From: a bacterium
GTDB taxonomy: Bacteria > SAR324 > XYD2-FULL-50-16
Direction: 5' to 3'
Assembly: GCA_032250835.1 (NCBI GenBank)
Contig: JAVVEA010000001.1
Location: 480,001-544,000 of the forward strand
Length of the DNA: 64,000 nt
In this document: positions 51,284 through 61,528 of the stretch, in pieces
Layout of the letters: every line of letters starts with the position of its first letter
Numbering within the stretch: position 1 is the stretch's first letter
Made by a program: the position numbers and the translations under genes
Notes under the pieces: model-generated
What the model was told of the DNA's origin: nothing
Database searches by the model: none
The model's input: only the letters and a program-made list of their open reading frames with translations

Positions 51284-52554
51284 TGTCTCTATTTGCAGAA
51301 CTTCAGGCCAGAGGCCTGATCGACCGTAGCACCTCCGAAGAGTTGGCCGGTAAGTTGGATCAAGGCGGCTTGACCTTTTACGTCGGCTTCGACCCCACCG
51401 CCGACAGCCTGCATGTCGGCCAGTTGGCGGTCTTTAACTTCATGGCTCTTTTGCAACGCGGCGGGCACCACCCCGTCGGGCTCTTAGGCGGGGCCACGGG
51501 CATGATCGGCGACCCAGGCGGCAAGTCCGCTGAAAGAAACCTGCTCAGCGCCGAACAACTAGAAGCGAACATCCAAGGCATTGCCGCCCAAATCCGCCGT
51601 TTTTTGGACTTTAACGAAGGTGCCCCGGCGCAGGTAGTCAACAACCACGACTGGCTGAAGGAATGGTCTTATATCGACTTCCTACGCGAAGTGGGCAAAC
51701 ACTTCTCGGTCAACCAGATGGTCCAGCGGGACTCGGTCAAGTCGCGGCTAGAACGCGAAGGCGCGGGGATCAGCTACACCGAATTTTCTTATATGCTGCT
51801 GCAAGCCTTTGACTTTGTGGAACTGCATAAGCGCTTGGGCGTGACCCTGCAATTAGGCGGCAGCGACCAATGGGGCAATATCGTTTCGGGCATCGACCTG
51901 GGCCGCCGCTTGGGCTGTGATCAACTCTACGGCCTGACCATGCCCTTGATCACCAAGGCCGACGGCTCCAAATTCGGCAAGAGCGAGTCGGGCACCATTT
52001 GGCTTTCTGGGGCCAAAACCAGCGCCTATGAGTTCTACCAGTTCTTCTTAAACCAAGCCGACGAAGACGTGGTCCGCTTCCTCAAGGTCTTGACCATGGT
52101 CCCCTTAGAGGAGATTGAAGCCCTGGCCGAACAGGTGGTCAGCGAGCCCCACAAGCGGGCCGCCCAACGCCGCTTGGCCGAAGAGGTGACCCGCCGGGTC
52201 CATGGGCAAGAGCAGCTAGACAAGGTGCTGCGGGCCAGCCAAATGCTTTTTGGCGGCGAGATCAGCGACCTGGACGAAGAGATGATCGGCCAAATCTTTA
52301 AAGATGTCCCTTCGGTGCAGATCGAGCGGGCCCGGCTGGACGCCGGGTTGCCCTTGATCGACGCCTTGGCCGAGTCCGGGGCCTGTGACTCCAAGGGGCA
52401 GGCCCGCAAGCTGATCCAAGGCGGCGGGGCGAACGTGAACAACGTCAAGGTCAGTGACCTGGATTATGCCCTTACCACACGGGACTTGTGTAGCTCCCGG
52501 CATATTGTGCTGCGGGCGGGGAAGAAGAATTATCGGTTGTTGGAACTTCTGTAA
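51283..52554 (+). CDS. tyrS: Tyrosine--tRNA ligase
   Basis: GFDPTADSLHVG, GGSDQWGNI, KFGKS, C-terminal S4 domain. Confidence 0.97.
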   Translation: MSLFAELQARGLIDRSTSEELAGKLDQGGLTFYVGFDPTADSLHVGQLAVFNFMALLQRGGHHPVGLLGGATGMIGDPGGKSAERNLLSAEQLEANIQGIAAQIRRFLDFNEGAPAQVVNNHDWLKEWSYIDFLREVGKHFSVNQMVQRDSVKSRLEREGAGISYTEFSYMLLQAFDFVELHKRLGVTLQLGGSDQWGNIVSGIDLGRRLGCDQLYGLTMPLITKADGSKFGKSESGTIWLSGAKTSAYEFYQFFLNQADEDVVRFLKVLTMVPLEEIEALAEQVVSEPHKRAAQRRLAEEVTRRVHGQEQLDKVLRASQMLFGGEISDLDEEMIGQIFKDVPSVQIERARLDAGLPLIDALAESGACDSKGQARKLIQGGGANVNNVKVSDLDYALTTRDLCSSRHIVLRAGKKNYRLLELL

Positions 52555-52578
52555 TCTGAAGGCCTATTCTAAAGAAAG

Positions 52579-53451
52579 GTGCCTGTGTCCCTTGAAGCTA
52601 CGTTAAATGAGATTGTACATTGCCAGCGCGTACTAAACGAAGTCGCGGTCTTGTCGGAGGCGCTGCATCTTAAATTATATGAAGAACCCTTTGGCGCAGA
52701 GGTGCTATCGCGTCTTTCGAGCGAAGGGCTCATGAAACAACAGCGGATCATCACCACCGCAACCAGAGCCATTCTGGCTCACGGCTACAACTGGGGGATT
52801 GCAGATGAGTTGTTAGAAGCCCTAGAGCAATCAGCTCAAAAGGTAAAAACTCACTTACAAGACCTTTCGACAATCTGGCGGCCCAGTTATGCCGCGTTGG
52901 AGCGGATTGGGGCCTTAGAACCATTGAATGATGCGGTCAGAACTAGCATCAGCTTGCTAGATCGCCTTGAGTCTTTACTGATGGACCTAGGTAGTCATCC
53001 CCAAAAATCGGGAAACATGAACCTCAAACTCCAACTCCACTACCCTGACATGCCCGCCCCCACCAAGGCCCACTCGACCGACTCGGGGGTGGACTTGACC
53101 TGTATGGCGGTGGAGGAAAAACGGGAGCGGGTTTATATGTTAGACCTAGGCGTCAGTGTGGAGCCCCCGCCGGGCTATTATACCGAGCTGTTCCCGCGCT
53201 CTTCGATCATCAAGACCGACTTCGTCCAAGCCAATTCGGTGGGCATCATCGACCAGGACTACCGGGGGCGGATTTACCTGCCCCTGCGTTACCTCGGCCA
53301 AGGTGACGGGATGGACAAGGCCCGCGAGCTGATCGGCCAACGGGTAGCGCAGTTGATTTTAAAGCGGATCGAACCCTTTGATTTAAAAATCGTGGACCAA
53401 CTCAACGACACCCCCAGAGGCCAAGGTGGATTCGGCAGCACCGGAGCTTAG
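52579..53451 (+). CDS. dut: dUTPase preceded in frame by a 146-aa helical segment (dUTPase domain starts at ATG 53017)
   Basis: DSGVDL, PRSS, GIIDQDYRG, RVAQLI, RGQGGFGSTG. Confidence 0.88.
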   Translation: MPVSLEATLNEIVHCQRVLNEVAVLSEALHLKLYEEPFGAEVLSRLSSEGLMKQQRIITTATRAILAHGYNWGIADELLEALEQSAQKVKTHLQDLSTIWRPSYAALERIGALEPLNDAVRTSISLLDRLESLLMDLGSHPQKSGNMNLKLQLHYPDMPAPTKAHSTDSGVDLTCMAVEEKRERVYMLDLGVSVEPPPGYYTELFPRSSIIKTDFVQANSVGIIDQDYRGRIYLPLRYLGQGDGMDKARELIGQRVAQLILKRIEPFDLKIVDQLNDTPRGQGGFGSTGA

Positions 53452-54595
53452 GCTCGTCGAAGGGCTCGCGGAGCTGCAAGCGCTGCGCGTGGCTTTGGCC
53501 CATTATTGGCTGGTCACTTGGCGTGGCGGGGAGAAGGTTTTGGCTTCCATGCTCAAGCTGTTCCCCCATTCAGACCTCTACACCCTCTTTTACAGCCCAG
53601 GGCGCATCGGGCCTTACGTCGAAGGACACCGGGTCTATAGCTCTGCCTTAGACCTGAGCTTTGCCCGGCGGCATTACCAAAAGATGTTCCCCTTTTATCC
53701 GGCGGCAGTCAAAAGCTTGGCCCTGCAAGGCGACTATGACCTCTTGATCAGCTCTGAATCCGGGCCCATCAAGGGCATCGCCAACCCCAAGGGCTTGCCG
53801 CATCTCTGCTACATCCACAGCCCCATGCGCTATTGCTGGGTAGACCGGCAGTCTTACCTGGACCGGGTGCCCCAACGGCTGCGCAACTTCGCCGATGTTC
53901 AGTTTGAGCGGCTCAAGCGCTACGACCTTAGCACCATCGACGCCCCGGACCGCTATGTGGCCAACTCGCACAACGTCGCCGGACGGGTAGAGCGTTTTTA
54001 CCACCGACCTGCAGGCGTTTGCCACCCGCCCATTGAGCTGGACTTGTTCAAAGGCCCCTTAAGCCCCGGCGGCGGAGACTTTTACCTGAGTTTTGGGGCC
54101 CTGACGCCCTACAAGCGGGTTGACCTCTTGGTGGAAGTATTTAACCAAAATGGCAAGCCCCTAAAAATCATCGGCGAAGGCAGCGAACTCAAGGCCCTAA
54201 AGGCTATAGCAGGCCCCAACATCACCTTCACCGGGGCCTTGGAGCACCAAGAACTAAACCGGCAGCTAAAAGGGGCCCGAGCTTTGCTTTTCCCAGGAGA
54301 TGAGGATTTTGGGATGATCCCCTTAGAGGTGATGGCCCGGGGGATTCCGGTGGTTGCCTACCGCGCCGGTGGGGCCTTGGAGACGGTCTTGGAGTCGCCC
54401 GAAGGGGCGGCTCATAGCAGCGGCCTGTTCTTTGACCAACAAACCCCTGATTCGCTGGCCGAAGCTTTGGAACGCTTTGAGGCAGTCGAACAGGACTTTG
54501 ACCCCGCCAAAATCCGCGAACATGCCCGCCAGTTTGGCGAAGACCGTTTTTTGGCCTGTTTGGCCCAAGAGGTGAGGAGCCTACTTAAGTTATGA
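53426..54595 (+). CDS. GT4 glycosyltransferase
   Basis: HYWLVTWRGGEKV, YIHSPMRY, EDFGMIPLE. Confidence 0.9.
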   Translation: MDSAAPELRLVEGLAELQALRVALAHYWLVTWRGGEKVLASMLKLFPHSDLYTLFYSPGRIGPYVEGHRVYSSALDLSFARRHYQKMFPFYPAAVKSLALQGDYDLLISSESGPIKGIANPKGLPHLCYIHSPMRYCWVDRQSYLDRVPQRLRNFADVQFERLKRYDLSTIDAPDRYVANSHNVAGRVERFYHRPAGVCHPPIELDLFKGPLSPGGGDFYLSFGALTPYKRVDLLVEVFNQNGKPLKIIGEGSELKALKAIAGPNITFTGALEHQELNRQLKGARALLFPGDEDFGMIPLEVMARGIPVVAYRAGGALETVLESPEGAAHSSGLFFDQQTPDSLAEALERFEAVEQDFDPAKIREHARQFGEDRFLACLAQEVRSLLKL

Positions 54596-55986
54596 TCTTT
54601 AAAAAGCAATCTCAAGTCTTTATGACGCTGCTCTTCTTCGTGGATCAGACGATCCTCTGGGGTAGCTGGTTGCTTGCCTATTGGACCCGCTTCCACCTGA
54701 TCGACTATCCCCAAGCCGAGAGCATTGCGCCCTTTGCGGGTTATTTTGAAATCAGTTGGGTGGTGGTGCTCTTCGGCGCGGTGACCTTTATCTACGCGCG
54801 GATGTACCACCCTAAGCGCATCTTCCACTACCGCGGCGAAGCAGGCGCGATCCTGCGGGCGAACCTGCTCTTGTGGATGGCCCTTTTAGGGGCCAGCTTC
54901 TTTTACCGGGGCTTTTCTTTTAGCCGGGTCCAGTCGCTGCATTTCTTGCTGATCAGCCTGTTGCTGATTTCCGCCTACCGGGGTGGGGTCCGTTACACCT
55001 TGGCCTGGATGCGCACCAAAGGGCGCAACTTGCGGTATGTCTTGGTGATCGGCGCATCAAACACCGCCTCCATGATTGTGAGCAAAATCCGCGAGAATCC
55101 CGGTTTGGGTTTGGTCATGCGGGGCTATTTGGCCAAGCAACCCAACGAGGCCTTGGGTTTAGAGTATTTGGGCAATTATCCCAACATCCCCGAAGTGATC
55201 CATTCCCAGGGAATCGACCAAGTCTTCGTGGCCCTAGATTCGGACCAACAATCGGACCTGGGCCAGATCAACCAATTGCTGGCCGAAGAGACGGTGGACT
55301 TTAACTTGGTGCCCGACATCTACCACAGCCTAGCGATCAACCCGGAATTTCTCGACCTAGACGGCATGCCCATCATCGCGCTGCGCCAAAGCCCGGTAGA
55401 CGGCTGGAACCGGGTGATCAAACGGGCCTTTGACATCGCCGTGGCGCTCTGTAGCATTCTGGTGATGACTCCCTTTTGGGTGGTCTTGCCGCTGTTGATC
55501 AAGCTGACCAGCCGGGGCCCGGTTTTCTACCGCCAAACCCGCATGGGCTTGGACGGTAAGAGCTTTGACATGCTCAAATTCCGCAGCATGCGCACCGACG
55601 CAGAAGCCAGCACCGGGGCGGTCTGGGCCCAAAAGGACGACCCCCGGGTCACCCGCATTGGCGCGCTGATGCGCCGAACCAGCCTAGACGAAATCCCCCA
55701 GCTCTTTAACGTGCTGGGCGGCAGCATGAGCATCGTCGGCCCGAGGCCCGAACGCCCCGAATTGATCGGCGACTTTAAAAAAGAAATCCCCAACTACATG
55801 CTACGCCACAAAATCAAGGCTGGCCTGACCGGTTGGGCCCAAATCAATGGGTGGCGCGGAAATACCTCCTTGGAAAAACGGATCGAATACGATATTTATT
55901 ATCTGACCCACTGGTCCATCTGGTTTGATCTGAAGATTTTCTTACTGTCGCTCTTTAAAGGGTTTATCGACCCCAATGCCTACTAG
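54592..55986 (+). CDS. wcaJ: Undecaprenyl-phosphate glucose phosphotransferase (WcaJ-like)
   Basis: KRAFDI, KFRSM, SLDEIPQLFNVL, VGPRPERP, GLTGWAQING. Confidence 0.9.
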   Translation: MIFKKQSQVFMTLLFFVDQTILWGSWLLAYWTRFHLIDYPQAESIAPFAGYFEISWVVVLFGAVTFIYARMYHPKRIFHYRGEAGAILRANLLLWMALLGASFFYRGFSFSRVQSLHFLLISLLLISAYRGGVRYTLAWMRTKGRNLRYVLVIGASNTASMIVSKIRENPGLGLVMRGYLAKQPNEALGLEYLGNYPNIPEVIHSQGIDQVFVALDSDQQSDLGQINQLLAEETVDFNLVPDIYHSLAINPEFLDLDGMPIIALRQSPVDGWNRVIKRAFDIAVALCSILVMTPFWVVLPLLIKLTSRGPVFYRQTRMGLDGKSFDMLKFRSMRTDAEASTGAVWAQKDDPRVTRIGALMRRTSLDEIPQLFNVLGGSMSIVGPRPERPELIGDFKKEIPNYMLRHKIKAGLTGWAQINGWRGNTSLEKRIEYDIYYLTHWSIWFDLKIFLLSLFKGFIDPNAY

Positions 55987-55996
55987 GACCCCCGGC

Positions 55997-56755
55997 ATGA
56001 AACCAAACCAAACGAAAAACAACGCACAGTTTTCCATTGAAATGGACTTCAAGGGGATGCTGGTGTTTATGATCCTGGTGGCTTTGACCGGGGCGACCCT
56101 CTTTTACTTAGGCATGATCTTCGGTAAGGCCAGCCGCTCGCCGAACGAAGACCTACGCCCCTCGATGAGCGATACGGAAGAATCGCCCGGCGACCTGCAA
56201 ACGCCTAAGGACCTAAAGATTTATGACTTGGGCAATAACGCAGAAAACGTGGACAGCCTCAAGAAGGAGTTTGAATCCCTTAAGGCGGACTCACAGCCCA
56301 CCCTCAACGCCGAAAGCAACGCCGTCAAACAAGACGCCGAGGCGACCCGCCAGTTGGCCGCTGCCGCCCAGCGCTTAGAGGCCGACCGCCAAGCCGAATC
56401 GGCCCCCGCTCCGGCAGCAGCAGCCCAGCCCACTGATTTGGCCGAAGTTCCCAAGCCCGGCTCCGCCCCAGGCATCAGTTGGCCCGAAGTAGCCCGCGAG
56501 ACCAGGGGCGAGACAGGTCCCGAATACACCATCCAAATCTTCACCACCCGCGACACCGCCAAGGCCGAACGGATGGTGGGGCAGCTCAAACAAAAGGGTT
56601 TTGACGCCTATTCCGAAGAAATCCGCCTCGAAGGCAACCTGCTCTACCGCGTGCGGGTGGGTCGGGGCAACCAGGACAAGATCGAACGGATCAAGACCCG
56701 CTTAAGTGGCGTGGTCGAAGGCTTGGGCCGTTTGCAGGTAGTACAAATCCGCTAA
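55997..56755 (+). CDS. SPOR-domain cell-division protein (FtsN/DedD-like)
   Basis: Single TM, low-complexity linker, YTIQIF...YRVRVG SPOR domain. Confidence 0.82.
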   Translation: MKPNQTKNNAQFSIEMDFKGMLVFMILVALTGATLFYLGMIFGKASRSPNEDLRPSMSDTEESPGDLQTPKDLKIYDLGNNAENVDSLKKEFESLKADSQPTLNAESNAVKQDAEATRQLAAAAQRLEADRQAESAPAPAAAAQPTDLAEVPKPGSAPGISWPEVARETRGETGPEYTIQIFTTRDTAKAERMVGQLKQKGFDAYSEEIRLEGNLLYRVRVGRGNQDKIERIKTRLSGVVEGLGRLQVVQIR

Positions 56756-56976
56756 CCTTTCCTTTGAAGCCCCGCCAACTCTTGACGGGGCCTACCTCCA
56801 TCCCTACCGCCCGCTCCGCTGCCTTTAGGCAGCTGCCCTTAGCGACCCATTTCACCTAAAATACCTAAGATTTCGGCTGGGGATTCCTTCAACAGCCAGG
56901 ACAAGCCTTGCTTTGGCAGTGAATTTTAAATAGTATATTCAAAACTAAAACTCTTCAATCCCCGCTGCCCAGGACC

Positions 56977-58911
56977 TTGATGAAGCGATTGACGATCAAA
57001 CAAAAGCTGCTCTTATTGATTCTTTTACCCCTCTTTGGGCTTATCTATCTGGCCTTTGTGCAGGTAAGCCACCAATGGGAAAACCGCCAAGCCGCCCAAT
57101 CGATGACCGCCTCTAGCCAACTGGCCGCCCATTTGGGCCAGTTGATGCACCAATTCCAAAAAGAACGGGGGATGACGGCGGGTTTTCTAGGCAGCAAAGG
57201 AGTGGCCTTTAAAGACCAATTACCTCCACAACGCAAGGCGGCGGATCAGGCTTTGACGGCTCTATTAGAAAGCCAACCTGCCCTGAAGGGTAGGTTGCCG
57301 GACTCGGTGAACCAAGCCCTGACGCAACTGACCCAGCGCTTTCAAGACCGAGCGAAGCTCCGCAATCGAGTGGACGCGCAGTCGGTAGCAGCTAGCGAAG
57401 CCATTGCTTTTTATACCGACAACAACCGCCAAAGTCTTGAGCTGGTCTTAAGCCTAGCCGCGAACGCCCAGGACCCGAGCCTCAGCGCTCCCTTTTACGC
57501 GCTCTTTGCGGTGCAGGGCGTCAAAGAAAAGTCGGGCATCGAGCGGGCCGTCTTGGCCAATGTTTTCGCCCGTGGGTCCTTCGGGCCCGACCAACGCCGC
57601 CGCCTCATCGACCTGATCGGCAGCCAGCAGGTCTTAATTGAACTATACCTTTCCTTGGCTGAGCCCGCCTTGGCCGAAAAGTTCCGGGGAATGCTCAAAA
57701 ACCCGGTCAGCACCAAGGTCAACCAACTGCGCGAGGAAGCTTTTTCGGAGCGGTTTTTAAGTTCTTCGACAGACTGGTTTAACGCAGCCACCGCCCGGAT
57801 CGACGACTTGGCGGAGTTAGAAAAAGGGATCATCGTCCGCCTGGGTGAACGGGCTCAAGAACAGGCCGATCAAGCGGGCACGTCGGTAGCCTTGACCAGC
57901 ACCTTTACGCTGGCCTTGTTGTTGCTGGTGGCGGTTTTGGCCTGGGTGTTGGGCCGGTCGATCTTGCAACCAATCCACCAAATGTTAGGGCTGCTCAAAG
58001 AGATCGCCGAAGGGGAAGGGGATTTGACCAAACGGCTCAAAGCCGATGGGCGGGATGAAGTCGCCCAACTGAGCCGTTACTTCAACCTTTTTGTTTCCAA
58101 TATCCAGGGGATTTTGCAGCAGATCGACCAATCTGCGAACACCTTGGCCAGTTCCATTTCCGAATTGTCCGCCGCCTCGGAACAGATGGCCCAATCAAGC
58201 CGCGAGATTGCCGGACAGTTGGACGAATCGGCCCAAGAGATCGGCAAGACCCAAAGCCTAGCCCAAGAAATCCACCAGGACAACCAACGCAGCGGCGAGT
58301 CGATCGCCGACATCAACCAAAAAGCCGACCAAGCCCTAGACAAGGCCGCCGAAGGAACCGAAGCGCTCAACCGCACCAACGATTCGATGGACCAGATCGA
58401 GCAGAGCAGCCGCAAGATTGAAGGGATCATCCGGGTGATCACCGAAATCAGCACCCAAACCAACCTACTTTCCCTAAATGCGGCCATCGAAGCCGCCAAG
58501 GCGGGGGAATTCGGCAAGGGTTTTGCGGTGGTCGCCGACGAGGTCCGTAACTTGGCGGACCGCAGCAACCAATCGGTGACCCAAATCCAAGGGCTGATCG
58601 AGCGGGGCGTAACGAATATCGAAGAAGGCAAGGCGGTGATCACCAAAACCACCGTCACCGTCCAAGACATCATCGACCATGTGCGCCATACCGCCAACGC
58701 GCTGTCCGAGATCGGCGCGGCCTTGAGCGACCAAACCCGCCGGGTGGATTTGATCAGCCGTTCCGCCGATTCGCTGGCCGCCCAGGGAGAACAGAACGCC
58801 CGCGCCGCCGAACAGCTTTCCCAAAGCACCACCGAAGTCGCCAAAACGGTCCATGAGTTGGACCGCGTGGCCGAAGCGCTAGCCGGGCATGTCGCCAAAT
58901 TCAAGATTTAG
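56977..58911 (+). CDS. Methyl-accepting chemotaxis protein with NIT (nitrate/nitrite) sensor and HAMP domain
   Basis: HQFQKERG and KEKSGIERA NIT motifs; GDLT...DEV HAMP; LNAAIEAAKAGEFGKGFAVVADEVR. Confidence 0.92.
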   Translation: MMKRLTIKQKLLLLILLPLFGLIYLAFVQVSHQWENRQAAQSMTASSQLAAHLGQLMHQFQKERGMTAGFLGSKGVAFKDQLPPQRKAADQALTALLESQPALKGRLPDSVNQALTQLTQRFQDRAKLRNRVDAQSVAASEAIAFYTDNNRQSLELVLSLAANAQDPSLSAPFYALFAVQGVKEKSGIERAVLANVFARGSFGPDQRRRLIDLIGSQQVLIELYLSLAEPALAEKFRGMLKNPVSTKVNQLREEAFSERFLSSSTDWFNAATARIDDLAELEKGIIVRLGERAQEQADQAGTSVALTSTFTLALLLLVAVLAWVLGRSILQPIHQMLGLLKEIAEGEGDLTKRLKADGRDEVAQLSRYFNLFVSNIQGILQQIDQSANTLASSISELSAASEQMAQSSREIAGQLDESAQEIGKTQSLAQEIHQDNQRSGESIADINQKADQALDKAAEGTEALNRTNDSMDQIEQSSRKIEGIIRVITEISTQTNLLSLNAAIEAAKAGEFGKGFAVVADEVRNLADRSNQSVTQIQGLIERGVTNIEEGKAVITKTTVTVQDIIDHVRHTANALSEIGAALSDQTRRVDLISRSADSLAAQGEQNARAAEQLSQSTTEVAKTVHELDRVAEALAGHVAKFKI

Positions 58912-58980
58912 GCTCCCTTGATTGCCTAAGGGGCCATAAGTTGCCTATAAAGGGGCTTAACCTGCCCTAAAGTAGAGTTT

Positions 58981-59607
58981 ATGAAGTACTATGACCTCAC
59001 CCTAAGCCACAGCGACCAACTGGCCCTTTGGCCCCAGGACCCGCCCTTTGTGCGGGATTATATCTACCAGCTAGAAGCAGGGGACCCGGTCACCATCAGC
59101 CGCCTGAGCTTTTCGAGCCACCTGGGCACCCATGTGGACGCGCCGCTGCACTTTTACGCCGAGGGCGCATCGGTAGACCAGTTGGACCTAGAAATCCTGA
59201 TCGGCCCGGCTTTGGTGGTGGATTGCGGTGGGGCCCAAGTGGTGGACCGCGCTTTGATTGAGGGATTATTGGAAGGGCGACGCCCAGCGCGGCTGCTGCT
59301 TAAAACCAAAAATTCAACTTACCTGAAAGAGCCCCAGCTTCGTAGCGATTGGGTGGGCCTAAAAACCGACGCCGCCCAATGGCTAGTGGAAATGGGCGTC
59401 CAATTCATCGGCATCGACTACCTAACCATCGGCTCCCCCCAAGACAACATGCCGGTCCATAAGGCCCTACTCAGCGCCCCAGTCATCATCGCCGAAGGCC
59501 TAGACTTGCTAGAGGTCCCCGCCGGTTTGTACCAGTTGATCTGCCTCCCCCTAAAGGTAACAGGCGGCGACGGGGCCCCGGCGCGGGTGGTGTTGGTGGA
59601 AAGTTAA
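58981..59607 (+). CDS. Cyclase-family metal hydrolase (kynurenine formamidase-like)
   Basis: HLGTHVDAPLH, GIDYL, GDGAPARV. Confidence 0.88.
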   Translation: MKYYDLTLSHSDQLALWPQDPPFVRDYIYQLEAGDPVTISRLSFSSHLGTHVDAPLHFYAEGASVDQLDLEILIGPALVVDCGGAQVVDRALIEGLLEGRRPARLLLKTKNSTYLKEPQLRSDWVGLKTDAAQWLVEMGVQFIGIDYLTIGSPQDNMPVHKALLSAPVIIAEGLDLLEVPAGLYQLICLPLKVTGGDGAPARVVLVES

Positions 59608-59632
59608 TGGATCAAAGGGATTTATGGCAGCT

Positions 59633-60322
59633 CTAAATCTCCGCCATATACCGACGCCAAGCAATGGCCGGGGCGGCTTCGGTTTCTAAGAAGTTGGCTT
59701 CTAAACGCCAGTCGCCGGACTTGACCAAGCCGACCATGCGCTCCATGCGGTTTTTGTTGAGGTAGCGGGCGAAGAGGCTGGGGATTACCCCGGCTTTGTC
59801 GTCGCGCAAAATATGGCGGATGGCGCGTTGCACCTTGGGCTGGGGGACTTTTTCTTGGACCTGGGCCAAAAAGACAATGCGTTCGACCTCGGGGCTGGTG
59901 GCCAGCCATTTGATCAGGTATTCAAAGTAATGGTAGTCGAAGTGGCGGCGGCAGATGTTGCGGTAGAGGATGTCGGCGGCCTCAAGGTTGTCGGGGTCGC
60001 GCACTTCGGTATCGGTGATCTTGCGGGCGATCACCAAGACCACCTCGGGAAGCTCTTTGACCTTCTCGCGGAAGACCAAAAAGAACTTGTCCGTCAACAG
60101 CTGCATAAAGACCAAGGACAACTCCTTTTCCATCCCCCGCCCGCCGATGCCCGCGTCCAGGGCTACGCGGGTGATCAGGTATTGCACAAACCGGCCTTGG
60201 ATCATGTTGGCCAAGAATTGGGCGGTGGAGCCGTCTAAATCGGGATTGGGGTCTTCGGGGTCCAGGCCATCGAGGCAGTTTTTGATCGCTTGGGTGTAGG
60301 GGTTTAGTTTCCGGTGCGGCAT
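59633..60322 (-). CDS. Hypothetical helical protein
   Basis: 229-aa ORF in the minus-strand run; no recognised motif. Confidence 0.7.
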   Translation of the reverse strand: MPHRKLNPYTQAIKNCLDGLDPEDPNPDLDGSTAQFLANMIQGRFVQYLITRVALDAGIGGRGMEKELSLVFMQLLTDKFFLVFREKVKELPEVVLVIARKITDTEVRDPDNLEAADILYRNICRRHFDYHYFEYLIKWLATSPEVERIVFLAQVQEKVPQPKVQRAIRHILRDDKAGVIPSLFARYLNKNRMERMVGLVKSGDWRLEANFLETEAAPAIAWRRYMAEI

Positions 60323-60346
60323 CGGGGCTCTTCGGTGGCTGTGGCG

Positions 60347-61528
60347 CTAGCGATAGCGCGACATCAGTTGCGTAAAGACCGGCAGGCTGCGCTCGATCAT
60401 CTCCGTCTCAAAGCAATAGGCGAGCCGGAAATAACCGGGCATCCGGAAGGCCGAACCGGGCACGAGCAATAAATTTAAGTCTTGGGCCTCTTTGACAAAA
60501 GCCAAGTCGTCTTCAATGGGGCATTTAGGGAAGAGATAAAAGGCCCCTTCGGGCTTCACACAGCTTAGGCCCAAGCCGGTAAGGTGCTCATAAAGGATAT
60601 TTCGATTGGCTAGGTAAGGCGCCACATCCACCTGGGCCTCACCGACCATCGGCAAGATGCGCTGCATCAACACCGGCGCGTTAACAAACCCTAAGGTACG
60701 CAAGGCCAGCACCGTCGCTTGGGCCAGCAGATTGCGGTCTGGGTGTTTAGGCGAGATGGCCAAATAGCCGATCCTTTCGCCCGGCAGGGCCAAGTCTTTG
60801 CTCGAAGAGGTGGCCAAAATAGTCGCCTCGTAGGCTGCAAAGGGGTTGCCGGGAACCACGCCGTCATAGCAAATCGCCCGGTAAGGCTCGTCGCTAACCA
60901 AGGTGATCGGGTGGCCCAGCTCTTGGGACTTCTGGCGCAGCAAGTCGCCCAAAGCCGCTAGGTCTTCGCCCGAATAGACCACCCCGGTGGGGTTGTTGGG
61001 CGAGTTGATCACCAAGGCTTTGGTCTTGGGGCCGATGGCCTGGGCCAGGGCCTTTAAATCGGGCTTAAAGTTGGGCAAGGTGGGCAAACTGACCGGAACG
61101 CCTCCGTGGTTTTCGATATAAAAATCATATTCCACAAAGTAGGGCCGCAGCAGCAGCACTTCGTCGCCCGGATCCAGCAGGCTCTTGAAGATCACATTCA
61201 GCGCACCGCCCGCGCCGACGGTCATCACCACATCGGTCGGTTCAAAGCCCAAGGCCACTTCCTTTTCCAACCGCGCCGCCACAAAGGCGCGGGTTTCGGG
61301 CAGACCCGCGTTGGGCATGTATCGGTGCAGGCCCGCTTGGCCGCTTTGGATCACCTCTAAAATCGCTTGGTGCACCTCCGCGGGCGGTTCAAAGACCGGG
61401 TTGCCGAGGCTAAAATCAAAGACCCTATCGGCACCGAATTGGGCCTTGCGCCGTTCGCCTTCTTCAAACATGCGGCGGATCAGCGAAGACCCCTCGATGC
61501 TGGCTAACATCTTGCGGGCAATGGCCAT
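60347..61528 (-). CDS. PLP-dependent class I/II aminotransferase (aspartate aminotransferase-like)
   Basis: DFSLGNP, NSPNNPTG, SDEPY, SSSKDLALPGERIGY. Confidence 0.92.
   Translation of the reverse strand: MAIARKMLASIEGSSLIRRMFEEGERRKAQFGADRVFDFSLGNPVFEPPAEVHQAILEVIQSGQAGLHRYMPNAGLPETRAFVAARLEKEVALGFEPTDVVMTVGAGGALNVIFKSLLDPGDEVLLLRPYFVEYDFYIENHGGVPVSLPTLPNFKPDLKALAQAIGPKTKALVINSPNNPTGVVYSGEDLAALGDLLRQKSQELGHPITLVSDEPYRAICYDGVVPGNPFAAYEATILATSSSKDLALPGERIGYLAISPKHPDRNLLAQATVLALRTLGFVNAPVLMQRILPMVGEAQVDVAPYLANRNILYEHLTGLGLSCVKPEGAFYLFPKCPIEDDLAFVKEAQDLNLLLVPGSAFRMPGYFRLAYCFETEMIERSLPVFTQLMSRYR

Noticed and set aside
58077-58904. 275-aa antisense ORF (similar ones at 45088-45828, 29906-30592, 12938-13492)
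   Set aside because: Shadow frames opposite well-supported genes, expected from GC-rich codon bias; Ser/Ala-rich with no motifs
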